DNA of 64,000 bases from Candidatus Hydrogenedentota bacterium (GTDB lineage: Bacteria; Hydrogenedentota; Hydrogenedentia; Hydrogenedentales; SLHB01). The stretch lies in the NCBI GenBank assembly GCA_963668025.2, contig CAXXTH010000018.1, positions 192,001 through 256,000 of the forward strand, in the 5' to 3' direction. Position numbers and translations under genes: made by a program. Position 1 is the first letter of the stretch. The number at the start of each line of letters is the position of its first letter. Below are positions 51,695-61,537 of this stretch, in pieces. The notes below the pieces were generated by a model, which was not told the DNA's origin, did not search any database, and saw nothing but the letters and a program-made list of their open reading frames with translations.

Positions 51695-52570
51695 ATGTCG
51701 AAGAAGATTAAACAAGTGGCGATTTATGGCAAGGGCGGAATTGGAAAATCCACGACGACATCGAATATCAGCGCGGCGCTAGCCGTGGCGGGCTACCGGG
51801 TTATGCAGTTCGGCTGCGATCCCAAGAGTGATTCCACCAATACATTGCGCGGCGGGCATTATATCCCAACCGTTCTGGATTCTTTGCGCGAACATGAAAA
51901 TGTCCGTCCCGAGGAAGTGGTTTATCAAGGCTTCGGAGGCGTTTACTGTGTGGAAGCAGGCGGGCCAGCGCCCGGCGTGGGTTGCGCGGGGCGCGGCATC
52001 ATCACTGCAGTGGATTTGATGAAACAGCTCCATGTCTTCGAGGACCTCGATATCGATATCGTGATTTATGATGTCCTTGGAGACGTAGTATGCGGCGGAT
52101 TCGCCGTGCCCATCCGGGAAGGCATCGCCGAGCATGTATTCACGGTGTCTTCCGCGGACTTCATGGCCATCTATGCGGCGAATAACCTGTTTAAAGGCAT
52201 TCGGAAATACTCGCATGCTGGCGGCGCACTCTTGGGTGGTGTCATCGCCAACTCGATCAACAAGCCGTATGCACGGGACATTATTGATGACTTCGTATTG
52301 CAGACAAGCACAAAAGTCATCGAATATGTGCCCCGCTCCGTGACCGTGACCCAAAGCGAATTGCAAGGTAAAACAGTCATTGAAGCTGCTCCGGCGTCCG
52401 AACAAGCGCGCATTTATAGCAGTTTGGCTGAACGGCTTGTTCAGCACACCGATTCGCGCATCCCCACGCCTCTCGAAAACCAGGGGCTTCGGGAATGGGC
52501 GGAAAAATGGGCCGAAGTGCTGTTGTCCATCGAAATAGGAGAAGTGCAGGGAACCGCCGCCAGTATCTAA
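51695..52570 (+). CDS. Nitrogenase iron-protein-like reductase (NflH/MarH-like, group IV)
   Basis: YGKGGIGKST, GCDPKSDST, GGPAPGVGCAGRG, DVVCGGFAVPIREG; as I recall, close to R. rubrum MarH. Confidence 0.93.
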   Translation: MSKKIKQVAIYGKGGIGKSTTTSNISAALAVAGYRVMQFGCDPKSDSTNTLRGGHYIPTVLDSLREHENVRPEEVVYQGFGGVYCVEAGGPAPGVGCAGRGIITAVDLMKQLHVFEDLDIDIVIYDVLGDVVCGGFAVPIREGIAEHVFTVSSADFMAIYAANNLFKGIRKYSHAGGALLGGVIANSINKPYARDIIDDFVLQTSTKVIEYVPRSVTVTQSELQGKTVIEAAPASEQARIYSSLAERLVQHTDSRIPTPLENQGLREWAEKWAEVLLSIEIGEVQGTAASI

Positions 52571-52776
52571 TGTTTCATTCTCCTCAAAAGCGTCTTCCGT
52601 TGTCTGCCACTGTTGGGTAGAGCTTGCCCCACCGTTCAAGGTTTGAGCTTCCCCCGCATCAGCCAGCTTGAGTGCTGCAAGTTTTGCTTGTTTGCTGGCA
52701 GGCATTCATGGTATTGCATCGCGGCGAAACAAGAAGCCTTACGGTGAATAACATGAACCGCTTTGGAGAAAATACC

Positions 52777-53673
52777 ATGAAGCCTGGCTACGCCCGCATC
52801 TATACGCGGGATGATGATACATTCCATATTCTTCAGATTACGGACCTTCATACGGATCAAAGCGAAGAAGCGAACACGAAGACCTGGAACGATATTCACG
52901 CCATGTGCGCACAGTTCCAGCCGGATTTCCTGGCTGTGACGGGCGATATCTGGTGCGGCGATGCGCGCCCAACAGAAGCGCCATCATGGATGGCCCGGGA
53001 TATCGAGCGTATCGGTGCGCTGGGCATTCCATGGGGTTTCGCCTGGGGCAATCATGACTGGGGCGTTGACACTCCCGCAGCCCAGCGGCAAATCGCCGCC
53101 GCACCCAACGCCGTGGTTCCCGAAGGCGACGGCCAGGGTAATTATCGCGTGGAAATCGTTTCGCCCCAGGCCAGCGAATGCTTGTGGGATCTCTTTTTCC
53201 TCAATTCACACACAATATGCCTGCTCCCCGAGGATGTGGCCTGGCTCGCGGAAGAAGCCCAGCGGCTGCGCACGGCGCGCGGCCGCACAGTTCCAGCAAT
53301 CGTCTTTTTCCACATCCCCCTGCTACAATACGAAACCGCACGCGCCGAAGGGCGCATCCATGGCCCCGGGCCGGAAGACGTGGCTTATTGGGGAGACGAT
53401 GGGACGCGCATCGAGGGCATCCAGCGCGCGGGCAGCGTGCGCGCCTGTTTCGTGGGCCATAGCCACCGCAATGATTTTTGGTTCGAGGATGGCGGCATCG
53501 TGTTCGCGTATGGCCGCGCCACGGGCCATGGTGGGTATGGCGGCGAGGAACTGCCCAAAGGCTGCAAACTGATCAAGCTGGGCGCTGAAAGCGCGTTCCA
53601 GTTCGCCACGGTGTTTCCCAATGGCCGAAGCGAAAACCACGCCATGTTCGGCCTCATGGGGTCGGATACATGA
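52777..53673 (+). CDS. Calcineurin-like metallophosphoesterase (Dcr2-like)
   Basis: TDLH, TGD, GNHD, FHIP, GHSH.ND. Confidence 0.88.
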   Translation: MKPGYARIYTRDDDTFHILQITDLHTDQSEEANTKTWNDIHAMCAQFQPDFLAVTGDIWCGDARPTEAPSWMARDIERIGALGIPWGFAWGNHDWGVDTPAAQRQIAAAPNAVVPEGDGQGNYRVEIVSPQASECLWDLFFLNSHTICLLPEDVAWLAEEAQRLRTARGRTVPAIVFFHIPLLQYETARAEGRIHGPGPEDVAYWGDDGTRIEGIQRAGSVRACFVGHSHRNDFWFEDGGIVFAYGRATGHGGYGGEELPKGCKLIKLGAESAFQFATVFPNGRSENHAMFGLMGSDT

Positions 53674-54818
53674 ATGCTCCCGCCAAACAAAAGAATACGC
53701 GCGACGTAGCGCTTATCTCCGCCGCGTTTTTCTTCGCCTTCATCGGCACGGGCGCAAGCCAGCCCTTTATCATCGACTATGTTGCGGAGGCGAAAAGCAT
53801 TCCTCGGGAGCAAGCCTCGCTCGTGCTCGCCACGGTATATTTCTCGTTTCTTTTCTTCCGTTTTTTCAGCGATTACGTCATCCGTTTCCTAGGCGTCCAT
53901 CGCGCTAAAATCATAGGCGCAGCCGCGTATGCCCTGTTTCCACTGCTGGTGCGGTATGCGCCGTCCTTGCCGTGGCTGCTGGCGGGAAGCTGCTTCTGGG
54001 GATTGGGAGCGATGTTATTGTGGAACAGCTCACTCGTCCAGGTGATGAATACCTCCGCACCGGAGCGGTATAGCGCCAGCACGGGCTATGTGCGCGGGAC
54101 CGTCGTTATCGCGAATTTCCTCGGGGCTTATCTGCTGTCCTTTATTTATGCCCGCCGGGGATATGAAATCCTTCTGTATGCGGCCGCGTTGCTGGGTGCG
54201 GCGGGCATCATATTCATGCTGTTATCGCCCCGGCGCGTCATCGAGGTGGCCAAACCCCATCCTCGCCGTTTTATCGCCCTGATGCGCGAGGGAGACCCCC
54301 TTCTCGTCGGCCTGCTATTTCTCTGCTCCGCCATGGCGTATGGCATCGTGTTGAATGGAATCAAAGGCCATATCGAAGCGGTGAACGGCAAATTCTGGCT
54401 TGAATGGACTATGCCCGCATTCTGGATTGCGGGTATTGTGGCGAATTTCGGCGGCGGGCGCTATTGCGACCGGGCAGGACGGTGGCCGGTTATGATCGCG
54501 GGCTTCACCGTGGGAGCGGCGGGCATGCTGCTCCTTGCCCTCAGCCTTCATCCCCTGGTTATCATGGCCGCCCTGGCTTGCCTGGGCTTTCAACTATCTA
54601 TCGTGCCCTTATCCGTGTTTGGCTGGATAGGCGACCGCGCGGGCCACGCGGAACGCACTGCGGTAGTCGGCTATATCTTTTGCTTCAACGACCTAGGCGT
54701 CGCATTATCCATACAGATGCGCGGCTTGTTCCCCTCCGTGCCCGCCGCCGCTTGGGCTTTTTTCGCGATCTACCTATGCTGCGCCATAGCGGCCCTGGTA
54801 GTGCATATGCGCAAATAA
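53670..54818 (+). CDS. MFS transporter
   Basis: ~12 TMs; GGRYCDRAGR motif A. Confidence 0.82.
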   Translation: MNAPAKQKNTRDVALISAAFFFAFIGTGASQPFIIDYVAEAKSIPREQASLVLATVYFSFLFFRFFSDYVIRFLGVHRAKIIGAAAYALFPLLVRYAPSLPWLLAGSCFWGLGAMLLWNSSLVQVMNTSAPERYSASTGYVRGTVVIANFLGAYLLSFIYARRGYEILLYAAALLGAAGIIFMLLSPRRVIEVAKPHPRRFIALMREGDPLLVGLLFLCSAMAYGIVLNGIKGHIEAVNGKFWLEWTMPAFWIAGIVANFGGGRYCDRAGRWPVMIAGFTVGAAGMLLLALSLHPLVIMAALACLGFQLSIVPLSVFGWIGDRAGHAERTAVVGYIFCFNDLGVALSIQMRGLFPSVPAAAWAFFAIYLCCAIAALVVHMRK

Positions 54819-54861
54819 AGCCAGTCCAAACGCTACATTAGCTTTGGATCCTCATATGGAG

Positions 54862-56226
54862 CTATTCATTTAAAAACAACTCAATCACTGGAATTTCCGT
54901 ATTCGGCTTGATAACAGGCAGGCTCAGATTAAGATCATTTTTAGCTTCTTTTGGTTCGTTTTCAGACTGTTCAATGATCTTGATCTCAGATCCGTCGTGC
55001 AGGAATTGTGCATAATTGATTTTGCCCTTGTAATTGGGCAGTCTTAAATTTTGAAGCGGATAATCAATCAAATGAATGTACAAGCGGTTTGTTTTGGGAT
55101 TGTAAGTCAATAGGCTATGCTCAGGAGCTTCAAATGCCGCCGGAGCTTGGGTGCAACCATAAATGGACCTGCTGTTATGCGCCATCCACTTCCCTATAGA
55201 TTCAAGCGCCTGATCGGCCCGCCAATCGAATTCACCCCTTGCCGTAGGGCCCACATTCAGCAAAATATTTCCGCCTTTGCTCACTGTTTCTATCAAAAGA
55301 ACCAAAAGTTGCTGCGTATTTTTCCACGTGTTCTCGTCCCGGTGGTATCCCCATGAACCGCTGAATGTCTGGCAGGTCTCCCAGGGAACTTGCTTCCCGT
55401 TAATCTCAGGCCATTTGGCCACTTTATATTGCTCCGGTGTAATAAAGTCCCAGCCACCCTCATAATCGCTTAGGTTTAGCCGGTCGTTCACTATGATGCC
55501 CGGCTGTAATTCCCGGACCATTGCCAGTAAATTCTTGGAGTCCCAGTCTTTTTCGCCTTTGCCATATTCGCCCGGATACGAGAAATCGAGCCAGATGATA
55601 TCGATCTTCCCGTAATTGGCCAGAAGCTCACGCACCTGGTTATGAAGGTATTCCCGGTATTTATTCATGTCACGGCCCTTGTTTAGGTTTTCATATTCCT
55701 TGGGATCACCGGGCCGTTGAGGATGAATTTGGTCGATCGTGAAGTCAGGATGGTGCCAGTCGATCAGCGAATAGTAAAACCCGACGCCCAGCCCTTCCGC
55801 CCTAAAAGCATCTACATATTCTTTGATCAGGTCTCTGCCAGCAGGTGTGTTGGTGGCCTTATAATCGGTATACTTTGAATCAAAAAGGCAGAAGCCATCA
55901 TGATGCTTGGCCGTGATAACGGCATATTTCATTCCGGCCTGCTTTGCTTTTTTTGCCCATTCTTTCGGATTGTAGAGGTCTGGATCAAAATGCTCAAAAT
56001 ATTTTTGATACTCTTCATTGGTCATTCGCTCATTGTGCTTCACCCATTCATGACGAGCAGGCAAGGCATAGATGCCCCAATGAATGAACATCCCAAAGCG
56101 ATCCTGGGTCCACCACGCCATGCGTTCCTTTTTTTGTTCTTCAGTTTCCGTTCCCAGCCGGTTCTGTGCAGAAGCAGCTCCCCATACGGATAACATCACT
56201 ACACACGGGAGAATGATTTTTTCCAT
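54862..56226 (-). CDS. Alpha-L-fucosidase (GH29), secreted
   Basis: FGMFIHWG, AKHHDGF, YYSLIDW, IWLDF, PWETC, LLNVGP. Confidence 0.95.
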   Translation of the reverse strand: MEKIILPCVVMLSVWGAASAQNRLGTETEEQKKERMAWWTQDRFGMFIHWGIYALPARHEWVKHNERMTNEEYQKYFEHFDPDLYNPKEWAKKAKQAGMKYAVITAKHHDGFCLFDSKYTDYKATNTPAGRDLIKEYVDAFRAEGLGVGFYYSLIDWHHPDFTIDQIHPQRPGDPKEYENLNKGRDMNKYREYLHNQVRELLANYGKIDIIWLDFSYPGEYGKGEKDWDSKNLLAMVRELQPGIIVNDRLNLSDYEGGWDFITPEQYKVAKWPEINGKQVPWETCQTFSGSWGYHRDENTWKNTQQLLVLLIETVSKGGNILLNVGPTARGEFDWRADQALESIGKWMAHNSRSIYGCTQAPAAFEAPEHSLLTYNPKTNRLYIHLIDYPLQNLRLPNYKGKINYAQFLHDGSEIKIIEQSENEPKEAKNDLNLSLPVIKPNTEIPVIELFLNE

Positions 56227-56317
56227 CGGTTACATTCCTGTTTATATTATCCGCGCCCCACTTACTGTATCAAAAGCACAAATAAATTACAGGACCATTT
56301 GCATTACGTCCCGAGGC

Positions 56318-56986
56318 CTATTTTCCGCTTTTTTTGAGCAGCGGTTCAAGCGGGCAGCATGCGCATTTGGGCGCGCGGCGGCAGAATTCCTTGCCCGTGT
56401 AGACAATCAGGCCGTGATACTCCTTGTATACATGCAGATCCGTTTCCAGTGCATGTTCAAAAAGCGCGCGCAGCTCTTCATATCCGATGGCCTGTTCGCA
56501 TAGCCCATGCCGGCTCAGAATCCGCCGGGTGTAAGCGTCCACCACGAAGACCGGCTTTTCGCAGGTGTATAACAAGATATCATCCGCCGTTTCCGGGCCA
56601 ATGCCAGGCACGTGGAGCAATTCGGACCGTAAAGATTCAAGAGGTTCTTCGGCCATGCGCGCCATCGAGCCACCGTAACGTTCCACTAGATATTGGCAGA
56701 AGGCGCGCAGCCGAACGCTCTTGACCCGGAAGAAGCCCGAAGGCCGCAGATATCCGTGCAGCTCTTCCTCCAAGCATTCCAGAATCGCCCCAGGCGACAG
56801 CATGTCCGCCTGCTTCAGATTCTCGATGGCGCACTCGACATTGCCCCAGGCCGTATTCTGCGTGAGAATAGCCCCAACGGCGATCTCAAACGGCGTGTCG
56901 CCCGGCCACCAATGGGTAGGGCCGAAATGGGCTTCGAGCCGCTGATATATCTCACGCAGCATGCCGCGCGCACTGGCTGGCCTCAC
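56318..56986 (-). CDS. HhH-GPD endonuclease III-like DNA glycosylase
   Basis: GAILTQNT, VPGIGPETAD, FVVDAY, C-terminal Cys cluster. Confidence 0.9.
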   Translation of the reverse strand: MRPASARGMLREIYQRLEAHFGPTHWWPGDTPFEIAVGAILTQNTAWGNVECAIENLKQADMLSPGAILECLEEELHGYLRPSGFFRVKSVRLRAFCQYLVERYGGSMARMAEEPLESLRSELLHVPGIGPETADDILLYTCEKPVFVVDAYTRRILSRHGLCEQAIGYEELRALFEHALETDLHVYKEYHGLIVYTGKEFCRRAPKCACCPLEPLLKKSGK

Positions 56987-57864
56987 TTGCCTTCGGCCTT
57001 CTTCAGTGTGACCGGCGCTTCCACGCCCTCACCGATTTCCTTGACGAGATCACCCAGATTAACGGCAAACTCGATATGGCCCGAGCTTTGCACCATCGCT
57101 AGTTTGCCGCTTTTTTCGACATCACTGTACGTGTTTTTGTATGGCGCGGTGAAATGGGCCTTGCCAATCGTGACATCAAGCAGCCCATCCCGCTTCAGAC
57201 CCGCTTGCGCCATGTCCTCTTCGGTGATATTCGAGACCATGTTGCCATAATCATCCACCCGGTAGATGGCTCCCGTAATGGCCCCATCCTTTATGGTGCA
57301 ACGGGGTATATCAAGCTTGATCATATCCGTTATGATCGGGCCTACATCCTCATACGAGCGGCCACTGGCCAGGCTGGCCGAAATGGGGCCGAAAATATCA
57401 CGCCCATGAAACGTGGAAGAAATGCCCCCTTCCCGCCAGTACGCATGGTTCGTGCATTCCCGCACTTCCTTGACGCCTTGCTGTTGAGCCACAATGGTCA
57501 GCAAGCCATTGTCCGGCCCCACATAAAAATAACCCGCGTCCGTTTCGAGCGCAATAGGCCGCCGCGCTGAGCCCACTCCCGGGTCCACGATACAACAAAA
57601 CACCGTGCCTTTCGGGTACAGCTTCGAAGCCTCGGCAAGCATGAACGACCCCGTCAGCACATCAAACGGAGGAATGCTGTTCGTGATGGAATCCACCCGC
57701 ACCTGCAAACTCTTCTCGTAGATCGCGCCTTTGATCTCGCCGACATATACGCTGTCCGCACCGTAGTCGGTATGCAAGATGACCAGGCCATTGGGCTTCT
57801 CCGCCCACGCGGCTCCCGCCAGCAGAATGGCCGCTAACAACATGGAAGCTGTACTTGTTTTCAT
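56983..57864 (-). CDS. SAM hydroxide adenosyltransferase / chlorinase-fluorinase family protein (DUF62) with signal peptide
   Basis: TDYG, VDPGVGS.R, GPDNG, STFHGRDIF, DDYGN, EFAVN. Confidence 0.9.
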   Translation of the reverse strand: MKTSTASMLLAAILLAGAAWAEKPNGLVILHTDYGADSVYVGEIKGAIYEKSLQVRVDSITNSIPPFDVLTGSFMLAEASKLYPKGTVFCCIVDPGVGSARRPIALETDAGYFYVGPDNGLLTIVAQQQGVKEVRECTNHAYWREGGISSTFHGRDIFGPISASLASGRSYEDVGPIITDMIKLDIPRCTIKDGAITGAIYRVDDYGNMVSNITEEDMAQAGLKRDGLLDVTIGKAHFTAPYKNTYSDVEKSGKLAMVQSSGHIEFAVNLGDLVKEIGEGVEAPVTLKKAEGK

Positions 57865-58234
57865 GGGATGCTTCTCCATATCCATATGCTTTCCTAGCGA
57901 TTGGCGTTCCGTGAATGCCAGAGTCTACATCAGACGCCCACGAGAATGCATCTGGAATGCATAGCCCGGATTCATCCCTCTATTCAAACTTCATTTGCCA
58001 CTTGATCTTCCCTGTGGCGGGACTGTCAATGACCAGCGTCGTAAGGCCGCAAGAGGGATTGTCGTTTCGCTCAATTGCAGCCCTAGCTCCATGGGCCTTA
58101 CAGCGTAATGGCATATGGCCGTTAGTCGCAATGGTGATTTTGCTGGGCTGGCCGCCTATTACCTGAGACTGGCCAGCCAAGGTGCGTGTCAAACCGTGCC
58201 AGCGGCAGTTTTCATCACCTTGCATACTCTGGTT

Positions 58235-59604
58235 GGGTGTTCCCGCAGAATGCTAAAGAAATCCTCGTGTCGGGTCGATAAGTATGCCGGACCCTTAACG
58301 GAGGAAGACCGATGGCAGCGATGGTGACAAGGCGCGACGGCGACACGTTCGAGGTGAGTTTCTCGCTGAGGCTGCGTGGTTCGATGCTCGATATGGAGGA
58401 GGCGGTCCAGGAGGCCCTGAACGGGGTGGGGCGCGCAGTCATGGCCGAGGCCCTGGCCCGTTTCGACACAGACGGCTCGCCCATCCGCGTCGGCGCCACC
58501 ACCTTCAAAACCAAGGGGCGCTTCGGCCAGACCTACGAGACGCCCCACGGCCCGGTCCGCGTCGAGCGGCACGTCTACCAGAACACCGCCACGGGCGGGC
58601 GCACCTTCTGCCCGCTGGAGCGGGACGCGCGAATGGTCATGAACGCCACGCCGCGCTACGCCCGGATCGTCAGCGGAAAATACTCCCGCATGGGCGCCGA
58701 TGTCATGCGCCGCGACCTGCTCGAGTCGACAGGCCGCGCAATCTCGCGCGACTATGTGAAGAAGATCGGCGATTTTGTGGGCGCCCTGGCGCAGGCCAGG
58801 GAGGAGACGTGGGAGTACGAGCTGCCGGAATTGGACAGGCCGGTCGCGTCGGTGGCCGTGGGCCTGGACGGCACCTGCATGCTGCTCAGGGAGGACGGCT
58901 GGCGTCAGGCGATGTGCGGGTCCATCAGCCTGTACGACAAGGACGGGGAGCGGCTGCACACGATCTACGCGGGCGCATCGCCCGAGTACGGCAAGCAGAC
59001 TTTCCTCGAGCGCTTCGGCCGCGAGGTGGAGCGCGTGAGGGCGAGGCACCCGGCGGCGCTGTATATCGGCCTGGCCGACGGCGCGCCGGACAACTGGAAG
59101 TTTTTGACGCCGCGCACGGACCGGCAGATGCTGGATTTCTATCACGCGCGGGAATACGTGGGGAAGGCGGCGGAGGCGATTCACGGTCATGGCGCGCGCC
59201 GCCGGGAGTGGGAGGCGGACTGGAGTCACCGGCTGAAGCACACGAGGGGCGCAGCCGGACGCTTGCTGGAGGAGATGAAGGCGAGCTTGCCAAGCGTGCG
59301 CGCCCAGGCTTGCCGCGAGGAACTCGGCAAGGCGATCACCTACTTCGGCAATCACCGCTCGAAGATGCAATACTGGCGGCACACGGCGGAGCGCCTTCCC
59401 ATCGGCAGCGGAGTGACGGAGGCGGCGTGCAAGACGCTGATCAAGCAACGCCTGGCATGCTCCGGGATGCGGTGGAAGGAAGCGGGCGCGAGCGCGGTGA
59501 TCGCGCTCAGGTCGCTGGAGATGACCGAGGGCCGTTGGGACCAGTTCTGGCAACACGTGGCCCGCCACGGGGTCAATTGAGGTTATCATATTGAGGGAGC
59601 ACCC
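58235..59604 (+). mobile_element. Insertion sequence, ISKra4-like family, 1370 bp
   Basis: TIRs GGGTG(T/C)TCCC..A..ATG; 8-bp target duplication CTCTGGTT at 58227-58234 and 59605-59612; GC-richer than flanks. Confidence 0.92.
58312..59580 (+). CDS. DDE transposase (ISKra4/UPF0236-like)
   Basis: GLDGT, ADGA..NW, LDFYHA, LPIGSGVTEAACK, SGMRW. Confidence 0.92.
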   Translation: MAAMVTRRDGDTFEVSFSLRLRGSMLDMEEAVQEALNGVGRAVMAEALARFDTDGSPIRVGATTFKTKGRFGQTYETPHGPVRVERHVYQNTATGGRTFCPLERDARMVMNATPRYARIVSGKYSRMGADVMRRDLLESTGRAISRDYVKKIGDFVGALAQAREETWEYELPELDRPVASVAVGLDGTCMLLREDGWRQAMCGSISLYDKDGERLHTIYAGASPEYGKQTFLERFGREVERVRARHPAALYIGLADGAPDNWKFLTPRTDRQMLDFYHAREYVGKAAEAIHGHGARRREWEADWSHRLKHTRGAAGRLLEEMKASLPSVRAQACREELGKAITYFGNHRSKMQYWRHTAERLPIGSGVTEAACKTLIKQRLACSGMRWKEAGASAVIALRSLEMTEGRWDQFWQHVARHGVN

Positions 59605-61322
59605 CTCTGGTTGATGGCGTGTTTTAAGGACAGGAATTGTGGATGGTCTTGAGCTTCACGAATGGAAAACAACCGAATCTCGCCAGGCTGTAGCACTTCC
59701 TGTAAACATGCCGAACCGTTCATGCGCCCCACCAAACACTCGCTGCTGATATCGTAAACATAATATGCCTTAAGAGGATTCAGCCGGAGTCCGCCAATTG
59801 CGGCATCGCCAGACAAATGAACACTGACCAGTGCCGGAAGCGGGAGGCCCGAGAAGCGCTCTTTACCAGGAATCATCATCCCATCGCCTGGCCAAACGCC
59901 CCCTGTTGGCGGGGAATTATACAAAGTGACCATATGCCAAGTTGGATCGACTTCAAAATCATACACATTCGAATTCCGGTTCACTGTATCGGCCTGGGCC
60001 GCGCCCATGGAAAGCAAGGCAATCTCATTTACCATACAGTTCGTCACCTGGGTACATGCGCGGCTGTTGCCATCCGACCATAGCTTGGCTCCAGGCTGGA
60101 GTCCAATATCTCCCGCGAAATCACAATGGTCTACATTAAGAATTGGAGCGGCTGATGGTTCTTCCGTCAAATAGATAAACGAAGACGAACAGCAATTCCA
60201 AAAAGCGCAATAACTCAAATTGACCGTTGGTGAATTGGGATGGATAAAGATCGACCATTCGCCAGCCTTTTCGAAGGTCGAGTGGGTGGCATTGACCGTT
60301 CCGGCGCTGATGGTGATGTGCCGTCCGCCATATTTAAATGTAGTTCCATCTACATTCACCGTACAACCGGCATTCGGATTGTAGATATACTGGCAAGCGC
60401 CACCCTCGATTGACGCGCCAAACCGGCAGTTTTTTATGTTAAGCGTGGCGCCGGTGTTGGCTGCCGGGCAACTGTATACCGCGAAGGGATTATTACTGCC
60501 ACTCGCGATATCGAAGAAGTCACAATTGTCGACGATGGTCGTGCTGTTGGTGGCATTATTGGTAATCAGCCCGCCGCCTTTCCACTGGTTTTGGCCATTG
60601 GCATCCGCGCCGGTGAATACGCAATGCTCAATCCTGAGTGTCGCGCCATTGGGCATGGTATTCGATGTGATGCAATAGATGCCATCTTGCCTCGACCGCA
60701 TGATGAGCGGGCCGCCCTCGTTTGTGCCGATCTGGACCCCATCGGCGGCCGGGGCCAGGCCACCCCAAGCTTCTTTCTGCTCCATATTGATCACGGGCAT
60801 CTGGCCGGTCTTGGCGCACAATGTCATTCCCGCTTTCCACTGGCTCTGGATCGCATGCGTTTCGGAATAGACCAAGCTGTCCTGAATCTCGATGATATCA
60901 CCTGGTGCGGCGTTGCCTATCGCCGCACTCAAGACGCCTTCGCCACCGCCACTGACCGGCACAACCGCGCCATGGCCCGCGAGTGTCAACCCCGTCCAAA
61001 TGAATGCACACAACATTCCCACTCGCTTATTAATATTCATTCTATCGCTCCTCAATCGGCTCCAAGTATCAACCGAGATGGATATATCCAGATTTCGTGG
61101 CCTTTGTAATCAGTACCCTACACTCCAGCTTCTACAAGAAAAAATAAGAAGTTTTTCGCCTACAGACGCAAGTAACTTTTTTTTACAATTTTTCGGCGAG
61201 TGCTAAAATCGCCAGATTCATGGCGTTTTATTGGCCGATGGCCAATATCCGCGCCCCGGTATAAAGCGGCCTCAAAATCCAGCTTGTTGATTGCGGTTAT
61301 GCCGCGCATTGAACCTTGTATT

Positions 61323-61420
61323 CTTTGCGGCTTCGTGGCTTTGCGTGAAATATACTATTGAAGATTGAACATGATACTACCACCCGTACGCCCAACCAAT
61401 TCATACTCACGCAAAGCCGC
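61323..61420. repeat. REP-like imperfect palindrome
   Basis: GGCTTTGCGTGA ... TCACGCAAAGCC. Confidence 0.55.
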
Positions 61421-61537
61421 CAAGAAGAATGCAAAGGTAAACGTGGATAAACACTGTTATGCCGTTCCATTGGGTTATGGGCAACGCCCATGCCAGGTCC
61501 ACTTAACGAACGTCGGGACAGCGGTGCCCATTCTCGA

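Larger units (their letters stand above)
57980..61055 (-). pseudogene. IS-interrupted secreted chimeric protein (beta-helix N-terminus + C-terminal module of the neighbouring hydrolase)
   Basis: Removing the IS and one target copy joins 59586-61055 in frame to 57980-58225 (..HAINQSMQGDENCRWHG..). Confidence 0.82.

Noticed and set aside
44111-52570. Bona fide N2-fixing nif cluster
   Set aside because: No nifEN in the window, the D subunit lacks the His442 motif, nifH has the group IV GGPAPG/PIREG signature, and the context is sulfur metabolism.
58189-59589. 466-aa minus-strand ORF
   Set aside because: Antisense shadow of the GC-rich transposase.
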